A DNA stretch of 20,000 nt from Catajapyx aquilonaris (Eukaryota): the NCBI GenBank assembly GCA_000934665.2, contig JYFJ02001576.1, forward strand, positions 56,111-76,110. Direction: 5' to 3'. Of the stretch, positions 1-9,882 are shown piece by piece. The translations under genes and the position numbers were made by a program. A model generated the notes under the pieces. That model was not told the origin of the DNA, ran no database searches, and was given only the letters and a program-made list of their open reading frames with translations. Numbering within the stretch: position 1 is the first letter of the stretch; each line of letters begins with the position of its first letter.

Positions 1-4
1 AACT

Positions 5-760
5 AGGGTGTTCCAGAGTGGATGACTCACTCTTTGAAACGCAATTACTTTCGAACGGAACAACATATTTATTTAAAGTACGCGCCAAACCAGCAAGGGA
101 GGGTACGAAAATCTTCCATGTAGGTGGCCGCACTAAGCAATGCTCAGGTCTTGCAACAAAAATGGCCAAAGCAAGACTGTCGTTAGAGAAAATATGTGTC
201 CAGTGTGTTCGACTATATTCAGTGACAAAAAATGTTACAGAAATGTGCCGTCAAATGGCAAACCTTTCCGGTGGACCAGCTCCTACCCGAAAAACTGTTG
301 CAAGAATAAACCAACGGTTTGATGAAACTGGATGTGTCTTGGATCAAAAGAAACCCGGCAAAGGGAGAACAGTTGTGAACGCAGAAAACAAACAGCGCAT
401 CCGAGATGCACTGGAAAGTTCTCCAGCAAAAGCAAAATCAGTCCGACGCCCCTCTCCCGTGGGGTTATCTGAAGGAAAAGGTTTACCACCATCGAATCGA
501 CTCCCTGGAGCATCTGCGTTACATAATCACACAGGAGTTCAATGCGATCCCTGTTGACTTCTGTCGGAAGGCGTGCGACAATGTCGCCTTGTTATTGCAG
601 GCCTGCATCGACGTGGAAGGGGGGGGTTGACCATACCATGGAGAACAGGTCTTAAGTTAGTATTTCCTTGATGTTTTGGTACGTACTTTAAATAAATATG
701 TTGTTCCGTTCGAAAGTAATTGCATTTCAAAGAGTGAGTCATCAACTCTGGAACACCCTG
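5..760 (+). mobile_element. Internally deleted Tc1/mariner-superfamily DNA transposon (CAGGGTG-type termini)
   Basis: ~80-bp TIRs: 5-82 (agggtgttccagagtggatgactcactctttgaaacgcaattactttcgaacggaacaacatatttatttaaagtacg) vs 682-759 in reverse complement. The right end reads ...gaacaccctg|ta. Internal transposase remnants are present. The left tip is degenerate and lies within 4 nt of the window edge. Confidence 0.9.
162..630 (+). pseudogene. Tc1/mariner-like transposase with the catalytic DDE/D core deleted
   Basis: ATG 162 gives an HTH-type N-terminus (MAKARLSLE...PTRKTVARINQRFDETGCVLDQKKPGKGRT...SVRR). This is joined at ~450-459, in another frame, to the typical C-terminus WGYLKEKVY...LQACIDVEGGG* (stop 628-630). 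Confidence 0.85.
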
Positions 761-921
761 TACTTGCACATCCCTATATTAGTTTCACGAGTACTATCAG
801 TCTACCTCGCTATTGTCCACGAGTTTCCCTTCACCATTTATATACTGCAGTTACCAGTGACAATTATTCTCGACATATAATAAGTAAATAAATATATGTC
901 ACAGAAATGATCCAGACACTT

Positions 922-1120
922 GGGGCTAGGCTGAGGGTTATGCCAGCCGTCAATCAAGTGCGCTGGGCAATGCTTGTGCAAGTCTGAGATTTATTACTTT
1001 TTGAGAGAAACGTGTCAATCATCAGGACACTTTTCTCTCAAAAAGTCATAAATCTCAAGACTTGCACACGAGTCACCTAGCACATTTGATTGGCAGCCAG
1101 CATAACCCTCAGCCTACCCC
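922..1120. mobile_element. Foldback MITE-like element (near-complete hairpin)
   Basis: Arm ggggctaggctgagggttatgc...tttttgagagaaacgtgtc pairs with gacacttttctctcaaaaa...gcataaccctcagcctacccc around a ~9-nt loop. No clear TSD. Confidence 0.75.
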
Positions 1121-1477
1121 CCTGCTGATAGTTCATTATAATGATATCGATAAAAGGTAAACTCCTAACTTGTTGTCTGTAATATCCCTTAAGCTTCTTC
1201 AGCCACACATCCCATTCAGGAGATGTGATTTACACTTACATTGTCATTGTATATGATTAGGATTTTTGAAGACTTCTCCTGACGCAGTTATATGTTGCTA
1301 AGGAAACTGAGTTTAGCCAGATTCCATAAGTTCAGGATCAAGTCAACTTTATTCGTCTTTTGAGCAATAAGACTTGATATTTTGACACTTGTCCACACAA
1401 AATGATTGGAGATATGGAGACTTTCAAGTAGCTTACACTTGATGGGCTTATTTTTATTTCATTTCAGAATATCTTAA

Positions 1478-2023
1478 CCCTTAACTACGTAGGTGGAGCC
1501 TGAAAGGCTCCAACCACTATTTCAACGCATGTAACTTTTTAATTAAACGTTTTTTCCCCCCTGTCCTTCCGTGACTTTGTCACAAAAACCTTCCTAAGCA
1601 TGAAAAGAAGAAGAAAACAATTTTAGTCACCATTCTTTGGCTGAAAAAAATTCGTAATGAGGAACAGGTCCCACCTTGGAGCCGCTCAGGCTCCACCTAC
1701 GTAGTAAAGGGTGCTGTCGTTTTCCCTATCTCCGTGGAGAACATCTGAGTAGGGAAAACGACAGCACCTTTTACTACGTATGTGGAGCCTGAGTGGCTCC
1801 GTGGGACCTGTTCCTTGTTACGAATTTTTTTCTGTCAGAATATGCTGACTCGGCGTGTGATTTTTACGTTTTCGGAAGCCTAATTATCTGAACTGCACTT
1901 TCTGTATGTGAAAAGTCCAATATAACAATTGAGCTGATAAGAAGAGATTTAAATATACTGTTGGAGCCGCTCAGGCTCCACCTACGTAGTTAAAGGTGTT
2001 TCGGCCACCTACATAGTTAAGGA
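1478..2023. mobile_element. Non-autonomous piggyBac-like element
   Basis: TTAA at 1474-1477 and 2024-2027. Termini cccttaactacgtaggtgg / ccacctacatagttaagga (CCC..GGA). Repeated subterminal motif ACTACGTAGGTGGAGCC. Confidence 0.75.
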
Positions 2024-2276
2024 TTAATACTTGAAGTCAGAGATTACAATAATGGCCAACTCTGTCACTCTAATCATCTCTCCACTTTTTACAAGGATCC
2101 AGTATTTTTGGACCAGGCTTGTAAAAAATATCCTGAGAAAAGTAAAATTTCTCGAGTCAGGGACTGATTCAATTGAATGCTATTTATTCAGGTAGAGAAT
2201 GATGTAAATGGGACCAATAAATGACAAGAAACTTGCCATTTACCCCAGCCCTTCTTAGATAATTTCATTAATTTGA

Positions 2277-2559
2277 CATGGATATGTCTTTAAAATCGGA
2301 TCAGGGGGCATGCAGGAAAACTCGAGCATTACAGAAAAGCGTTACAGTCTATTATAACAGAGTCTGCTATAACCAACAGTATTTTATCTGCTCATTACGT
2401 CACACATATATGCCCCCGCCAGGGGCCCCATGGTGGGGGCATGCAGAGGGGGCGGGGGCGGGGGGGCAGCTGGGTAATGCTTTTCTGTAACGCTTGAGTT
2501 TGCCTGCATGTCCTCTGATCCGATTTTAAAGATGTATCCATGCCTGCATGCCCCCGCCA
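2277..2559. repeat. Inverted-repeat (MITE-like) element with interlocked GGGGGCATGCAG repeats
   Basis: 69-bp arms 2277-2345 and 2474-2542 are reverse complements with scattered mismatches, mostly transitions. A second IR pair lies at 2431-2446 / 2544-2559. Confidence 0.7.
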
Positions 2560-2798
2560 TTATAGTCGAGAAAAGTGAAACATAATGTAGGTTGAGCCCG
2601 CAAAAGCTGCGGCTTGTGTCCTCGACACAACCTAATGTAATTTTTGATAGGTGTTTCTAATATACCTTGGACCACTTATATTCTCAAAATATAAAAGCAG
2701 TGGTCCTCTCATAATGGGCCAAATGGTTACTGGCACTGTTAGTCACTGCTACAACATACAATATGTCCAGTACTAGCACATAATGTTTTATTGCTTAA

Positions 2799-3305
2799 GG
2801 GGGCGCATTAGTAAAAATACGGTAGGCGCATTTTTGAGGTAATTTTATTTTTTGTGGCGAAATGGACGGTTAATCGGAAAAATCACGCCGAAGGTGCCCT
2901 GCGCAAAGGTTTAGCCTAAACTATGGTACCACACTCGATATGATTGCATTAAAATTGTGGACATACGGGCGCCGATGCGTTCCCGAATTTGTCGCGTTCC
3001 TGCCGCCATGTTATTCAAATGGGCTTTTCGGGAACTCTATTTTCCTTTCACTTCAACTCGATGAAAAGGTCACTTCTAGGCCGAAAATGGGAAAATGACG
3101 CCGAAGGTGCCCTGCGCCAGATCATGTCCTATTTTTTGGTGTAATTTTTGTGTCCATTGCTCCATTTTTGTGGCCGTAAGGCCGCCGATGCGTGGACATG
3201 TCGAATCCCCATATGCTGTCCATGCAAACGCGAGTTTGTTTACGTAGTCGCCAAGGGCTCGCATTGTTACCGATTGTTACCGTATTTTTTTACTAATGCG
3301 CCCCC
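2799..3305. mobile_element. Non-autonomous DNA transposon with TTAA TSD and GGGGG termini (Kolobok-like)
   Basis: TTAA at 2795-2798 and 3306-3309. TIR gggggcgcattagtaaaaa(aa)tacggta. Internal direct repeat gaaaatsacgccgaaggtgccctgcgc near 2878 and 3091. The superfamily is inferred only from the TTAA TSD plus purine (non-CCC) termini. Confidence 0.8.
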
Positions 3306-3439
3306 TTAACTGAAAAAATCTAGTAAGAGGGCTAAGCATGTCATGGGCATACAAGAGAAACACAAGTCAAAAAACCCAGAGATTTACACTAAGTTCAAAG
3401 GTGAATTTCTCCTGCAGACCATTTTGTGCTCTGTGACTT

Positions 3440-3809
3440 ACAAGGGAAGTGTCTGTAGGGGTATCAGCCAATCGGCCCGAAAGTGACACTTCGGGTAAAT
3501 CGCAGGCTAGAAATTCATTGATGAAAATAAAAAGTATCAATAGCCAAGCGTTTTCGAGATATGAGTGACGATAGGTGCACGGCAAACCTGCGTGGTGACA
3601 AGGGGCGCATTCGGGGTAAGAAATCATAAACAGTCTTCGTGGCTCAGTCTGTAGAGCTTCCACCTCAAGTTCCAAGTACGTGGGAAATGACTTTAAAACG
3701 CTTGGCTATTGGCACTTTTTATTTTCACCAATGAATTTCTGGCCTGTGATTTACCTGAAGTGTCATTTTCAGGCCGATTGGCCGATACCCCTACATACAC
3801 GTCCCTTGT
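3440..3809. mobile_element. MITE with long (~115 bp) inverted arms
   Basis: 3440-3554 (acaagggaagtgtctgtaggggtatc...agccaagcgtttt) is the reverse complement of 3695-3809, with mostly transition mismatches. No clear TSD. Confidence 0.8.
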
Positions 3810-5369
3810 TAGTGAATCAACTTACGTAAAATTCTGGCTAGAAGGCTCTTTACCAATTTTTAAATGACTAAATGGCAACAGAGCAAAAAAATGCTACTTT
3901 GGGCCAATTGTAAGAACATGAGTTAAGGTTAACTACAAATTAGTCTATATGAAAACAATAAATAACTCAAACACACCAAATTGAAATTAGAGGGTTTCTC
4001 CTGTGCGATCATGATAATATGAAGTTCCCAAAATTAAAATCCATTGAGAGTGGAAGCAATAAAAAATCATTCCAAGTCCAAAGAAAAGTATTCACATCAT
4101 AGGATGAATTCAGGGAGATAATTGAATCATGGGTCACCATGCGCAGGTTCAGCATCACATTCTAGTATGATGTAAGAATTGGACATAATTCATACACGTA
4201 CAGTGCAAGGCTGTGATCAATATGATCTTTCCACTCTCCTGGGATGCTACATGAATGTACAGTGTTATGAGACATGACCAATTTGGGCCTACTGGGTCAA
4301 CAGAAACATTGGATCCAGGCTCAACTTTCTCTACATCATCTTATCAACTTAATAAGTATGATTATTATGATATTAGGAGAGGTCAGAAGACTCATTCCAG
4401 GATTGGTTTTACTCTGCCACTAGATCATTGTTATTGTAAGTTGTTACTATTAGAAGAAAGAAAAAGTTAGTTATTTCCTACCTATTCTGAAGTGTGAAAA
4501 TCTGGATAAGTCATGAATCTGCACGAATTTGTGGAAAGTTAAAAATGTTCAGAAAAGTTCACAGGAATATTGTGCAAATTTTAGTTTCAGTTTTATAGAA
4601 ATTGTATGTGGTGCCCAATTCTTAGCATTGCTACCTTGGCCATTATCATTATTTTCAAAGTTATTCAAGGCGTTTGGTGGTTTTAGGGATCCTTTCAAAT
4701 ATGTCAAAATTGCAAATGTTACTATCAAACGCAGATTTTCTTAACTATAAAATTGACAGAAAAAACTCATACGCGTATTGCTTGTTTTGATAAATGTGTA
4801 TTGAAATCATACTGCTCCATCACAGGCCAATGGTTACCAGTCTGACAAGATAAAAGGTAGAATTATTCCACAAATCTAGAGACTACTAATGCTGTTCACA
4901 GGTTTCTGTACACAGTCCATCTCCATATATGTCCCACCCTGCCAAAGTGTTGATAAGCACAATTTTAAAATTATTTTGGCAAATATTGATAACCTTGAAA
5001 GGTCTGGGTGCATTCTCTAAATCAGCTGCTAGAAGGCATCTAGGTCAAGATTGCAGCAAAAGTGCCAATGGAAGTTATTATTACCACCATACACAAAACA
5101 GGTTACAAGTCATGAACATAGTATAGCTATATGAATATTTATGCATAAATCATGGCCTGGCAACTTGCAATCACCTTTGTAAAGGTTATATCGGTAACTT
5201 TGCCACACTTTTGATGCAGTCTTGAGATAGACGCCATTTGAATGCATGGAAACACCAACTGGCTGTGAATGCCTGACATGTATCAAATGCTGCCTTCATG
5301 GCTGCTACCAGTAGGATTTTAAAGACATTGCATTTCCACCCATTTATGTAATAATTCAAATAATTCATT

Positions 5370-5629
5370 TATTTCTTTTATTCTTTTATATTTTTTTACA
5401 CCCCATTGGGAGAATCGGCGCTCCATTAGGGGGGTGGAGTACCACCATTGATGAGGCCAAGGATAGGGAAGGAAGGAAGTGGCTGTGGCCTATTATACGG
5501 AAACAACCCTGAAATTATCCTGGGAGGGACCGTGGAAAACCACTGTCAGGGTTGCCGGCCCCGGGATTTGAACCCAGGACCTCCCGATTAACAGTCAGGC
5601 TCCTTAACCACCACACCAACTTGCTTCGG
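5370..5629 (-). mobile_element. tRNA-derived SINE (family 1), A-rich tail
   Basis: 15-bp TSD ttcaaataattcatt at 5355-5369 and 5630-5644. Minus-strand A box TGGTGTGGTGG (5618-5608) and B box GGTTCAAATCC (5574-5564). A-rich 3' tail at ~5370-5398. Confidence 0.9.
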
Positions 5630-6554
5630 TTCAAATAATTCATTAATGGTGTGTGTTTCTAGTATCAGCATAACAGGGGGAGGGTGATCATGTTGGTTCT
5701 CAACTTGTTGCAGATTTACCTAATGGGGAATGGGCTAGTAGGCTCTTCAAGGTATGTTTTAGTCCTGGATAAACAATATAACATATATTCAACTTCTCTG
5801 TACCATAATCATAAGAGTCTGACGAGTAATTTGACAAATGAAACTACACACAAAAAAAAACGGAATGATTCAGACTACAGGTATGAAAGGGGCATCTTCA
5901 AATGGGAGGCAGGTATTTTACCTTGTGCCACCATTCATTATCTTACAAAACATTATGTTCTGTGTTCCTAATAGATGAATCATCTCTGCAAATATATTGC
6001 CATGTAAATAATGCTGTATGTAGTTCACCCCCAAAGCAATACCCATGAAATAAATATCCCTTCAAAATGCTGTGTATAATATTTAATTCAATAAATTAGG
6101 GTTCTACATTCAAAATAGTGAGGCTACCTTCCATGGTTTGTAAAGGGGCAGAAAGACAAGCAAGAATCCAAGATCTCCTAATTGCTTTCCATAACAAGTT
6201 GTGTCTGAGGCAACATGTGACTAGAGTATACATTCTTACACAACGTGCGCATTTACCAACTCCTAGACTTGAAGCAGGCAATAAATAGAAGCTTCGTTTT
6301 CAGTGGACGGCCAGTTGAAATAGACACTGGGAGGCACATACTTGACTTGTGCTCATTATTGCATTATTAGCATTCTCTCTTGGTTCAGAGAAGGGCACTG
6401 CATGGATTGTATAATCTTGATTTGATTTGACTCCTTTGGGTCAAGATGTACCAAAAAATAAAGTGCATTATTGCTGAGCAGTGAGTACCTTATGCATATA
6501 AATTTGGATTTTAAAAACCAGCATGCCTTGTAATTTGAGATGGTAAATAGTGCA

Positions 6555-6755
6555 TCACTGGTCAGGGTGGCTGCGAAAGTAGTCATGGTATGCACGCACT
6601 GCTTTCTCCTGCTGGTATGTCTCCACTGAGCCGGGCCTCATGAGCCGAAGGTTGGTGATGGCTCTGTCTGGACTCTGCTGGCAGAAGCGGACCAGGTAAC
6701 ATGCCAGCATCACTCCAGTGCGACCACGACCCATTCGGCAGTGAACACCTATTGC
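6555..6755 (-). CDS. DUSP23: Dual specificity protein phosphatase 23-like, coding exon 2 (catalytic P-loop)
   Basis: Acceptor cccag|GCA at 6756/6755. Encodes AIGVHCRMGRGRTGVMLACYLV...LRLMRPGSVETYQQE (HCxxGxxR motif; RPGS.ET.EQ-type C-terminal motif). TGA at 6557-6555. Confidence 0.93.
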   Translation of the reverse strand, partial: AIGVHCRMGRGRTGVMLACYLVRFCQQSPDRAITNLRLMRPGSVETYQQEKAVRAYHDYFRSHPDQ

Positions 6756-6911
6756 CTGGGGGTTAGAGGTCAATTGATCAGTCCTCAGATGTGCAAAAAT
6801 GTGAAGCTGTAAGTGTGTAAAACCTCATGAGTCAAATGGAAGGTAAGTCTGGCTCAATTAAAAGGGCAAATCAATTAGTATTATTTTGAAACCTTATGAA
6901 CAGTGTTGATC

Positions 6912-6980
<69 letters not shown>
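6912..6980. repeat. (AAT)23 microsatellite, the 3' tail of the adjacent SINE
   Basis: 23 perfect AAT units directly abutting the SINE body and overlapping its left TSD. Confidence 0.97.
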
Positions 6981-6981
<1 letters not shown>

Positions 6982-7313
6982 GGGTTTAGTGCACCACCCT
7001 TGCTGGGCATCTGGCATGGTACCTTTATTTTCGCTATTTAGATGTACAAGCTTTGGTCCTTTTTCTTAGGCCCGGGTACCACGAACGATGGAGGATGAGT
7101 GGGAGGGAATGTGCAGTGTAGTAAAGTTGCTGTGGTTATTTTTGTGAACTCCCCCGGGTGGTTAGTCTAGCGAAAATCCCATCTGAGATGAAGCCAGAGA
7201 TGGCCCCTAACTCTGCACGAGATTGGGGGGGGATGCCCGGGCTTGGTATCGAACCCCGGACCCTTACATCCGTGGGCTCATACATTATCGCAGCACCACT
7301 CCGTCTCCCCCCG
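6916..7313 (-). mobile_element. tRNA-derived SINE (family 2) with (ATT)n tail, in the DUSP23 intron
   Basis: 11-bp TSD gttgatcaata at 6905-6915 and 7314-7324. Minus-strand B box GGTTCGATACC (7255-7245) and degenerate A box TGGTGCTGCG (7298-7289). 3' stem-loop AGGGT...ACCCT precedes the tail. Confidence 0.85.
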
Positions 7314-7928
7314 GTTGATCAATAGGTGATACTTGTTCATAATTTTAGTATATTTGTTCCTGGGCTTGTTCATAATGATGTCTGTGTAGAGCTGACTAGT
7401 CTGTTTTCATTTGACTGACCCTTGTACAAAGGCACATTAACAAGTATTGTTTTAAAATCTTTCACATTTGGTTCATCTCAGAACAACGGCACTGGCAATA
7501 AAATTTAAAATGAGAACCCCACCTGCCAATTTTGAGCCCCACTGCCATAAGAGCATGTGACAGAATGGCCAAGGACACAGAATGAAGGGTGTCAGTATGT
7601 TATGTGTGGATGGTAGATGTTATCCCACACATCCTGTAGGCCTGACCTGGGCTTGGGATAGAATGTTTGATATGAGGGCACATACATTACTACAAAGCTG
7701 CTCCACCTCCCCAGTTTCATTGCATTACAAATATTCACATTTCATGAAATAAAGACACACTGTAAAAGCTAGCTCTCAATATGTATGATGCCTTCTAGCA
7801 CTTAAATGGTTTCTGTAGACAAGTATTCAATTATTATAGCTCCAACCCTGCATACTAGTAGCCTACGCTAAACACATTTCAGGTGTCACACATTTTTATT
7901 AGCTCAGGGTAGCAAAGACATCACTAAC

Positions 7929-8228
7929 CTCCCCCTGAGCCATCGCTTCTTGACATAGTCCCAGGAACTTCAGTATCTGTGGTACTGTAGGTGCCTCAAA
8001 TTCCTTGATCTTGATCATGTGCCAGTTAATCTCAGGAAAGGCATGAATGGGTGGCTTCTTCTCTGGTGACAGGGTGACCAGGTGCCTCACTCCCTCTTGG
8101 ACTAGGAAGCGAAGATTGGCTGGTGTCTGTGGGTAGGCCATTCCTGCCAGTGCTCCACGGACCACCCATGAGAAGTTCCAAGGAGGAGATGCATAATCAT
8201 CTTGGGCGGCACCTGATGCTTTTGACAT
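7929..8228 (-). CDS. DUSP23: Dual specificity protein phosphatase 23-like, coding exon 1
   Basis: ATG 8228. PPWNFSWVVRGALAGMAYP...GVRHLVTL...QGE resembles the DUSP23 N-terminus. Donor GAG|GTTAGT at 7929/7928, phase 0, in frame with exon 2 (total 166 aa). Confidence 0.93.
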
Positions 8229-8530
8229 TTTGTGCTACATAATGCCAAATTATGTAAGAAAATGCAAGAGAAATTGTAAGAAACTTTCATCATGATTGTA
8301 CTTGCATTTGGCGAAGGGTACTGATACTTTCTAACATTGATGTCTCACAATCTATCTGCCCACTAATCATGCAATTCAGATGCTGCTGATCATTGCCTAC
8401 ATTAATACTGGTATTGAAGATTTTGAGAAGAATTGATTGGTATAGGCTTGCGCATCATACATACGATTGCCCTGCATGCAGTGGTGTAGTTCTAAACTTC
8501 CAGAGGGTATCCTTATTGGACAGTGCTTAC

Positions 8531-9005
8531 CTTGATCTTAACACTACCATACCCTGTACCACCATGTACTGTACATCAATGGGTATGAAATTAAGTTTAA
8601 CGAGTACGAGTGTAGGATTAGAATAATATAATTGGGCACCTGTCTGACCATTACCTAATAGAGTGACAGCAAACCACCTTCCAATCCTGGGGCCATGATC
8701 AAACGCGGAATGCCCCTTGAAGACAGCCAGCAGCTGGCAGGCAGCCACTCCAGCCAGGCACGGCACAGTGAGGAATACTATACTATCGGTCAGTGCACTA
8801 TTGATTACCATACTATTACAGGCTATTACATCATATAAGAAAATGTATCAAACTATTAAGTAAATAGTTTTAAAACACGTATTGAATATTAGTGGTACGA
8901 AAAATATTGTCAGAATCCTGTTTCCAAATATTTGAAGTAGCCCGTAGAGAGCGGTAAAGAGCATGTTAGTGAAAGCTGGCAACATCGCGTTTGGAGGGGG
9001 GAAAG
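8531..9005. promoter_or_regulatory. Putative bidirectional promoter / 5' UTR region of DUSP23 and TIMM50
   Basis: The two start codons diverge with 777 bp between them (8228 minus, 9006 plus). No recognisable TE lies in between. TSS positions cannot be determined from sequence. Confidence 0.55.
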
Positions 9006-9423
9006 ATGGCAGCTACCAACGGTATGGCATGTCTGCAGCTGAGGTCCCTTTTGCTAGCTTTTCCCCACCGTCATCTTTGCGGCATGTCTCGAGAGCTGGC
9101 CATGTGGACCGCGATCAGGCCAAGGATCCGGCTGCCCCGGGTGCCGCAGTCAATGTGCTGGCTTGGCAGTAGGAGGACCTTTACAGAGAAGCAGACTCAG
9201 ACTGGATCGTCGGCTTCGCCGGGTAGCCTGGCGCAGCAGGTGATGCAAGAGAAGCTCACCCAGGAAGCAAAAGAGGACGGCAAAGAGGACGATGGCGGAA
9301 ACAAGAAGGAGAGTGAGGAGGAAAAGAAGAAGAGAGAGGCGGCATGGAGAGCCATGAAGTACACTTTCATTGCCTTTGGGATCTCTTTTGGTGGTCTAGG
9401 AACCTATCTCCTTGTCGAGTGGG
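9006..9423 (+). CDS. TIMM50: Mitochondrial import inner membrane translocase subunit TIM50, exon 1 (presequence and transmembrane helix)
   Basis: aagATGGC start. Arg-rich, acid-poor N-terminus, then EEEKKKREAAWRAMKYTFIAFGISFGGLGTYLLVEWG. Donor G|GTAGGT at 9423/9424 (phase 1). Confidence 0.9.
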
Positions 9424-9882
9424 GTAGGTCATTCAGAGGTGTCAAAAAAGTACTTGACAGCCACAGATTATGTTTATAATTGAAGGGTTTGGTGGAAAGA
9501 AGGATAAGTCCACTTTTGTTACTTTCGAGAAAACAAAGAAAGACTGAATTCCCAGAATATTTCAAAAATGTTTATAATGATAATTTTTTGTTGAATAGGA
9601 TGATACCAAAGTCAACATGCACCAGAATATGAAGTTTGTATGATGCATATTACACACACTACAGTAGAGTATAATGTGGACAAGTCTTGTTTTTGCACCG
9701 AATGAGAACCAGACATGTCCAAATAAATTATTTTTGAGTGTATGTTATGAGCATGGACAAACTTTTTTCTCAATTATAAGCGTACATAGTGTTATAAACT
9801 CATCACCTAATTCATCATCAGACATTCAGACTCCTCATCACTCAGTTCAGCTATACTGCTGGCTTTAGTGACTTATACTAAT

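Noticed and set aside
18..161. N-terminal extension of the 179-aa ORF 18..557
   Set aside because: It starts at GTG inside the TIR; the transposase-like sequence begins at ATG 162.
5555..5629. tRNA genes at the A/B-box regions (also 7240-7313 and 10345-10416)
   Set aside because: Each continues into a SINE body and tail bounded by TSDs, and no complete cloverleaf is evident.
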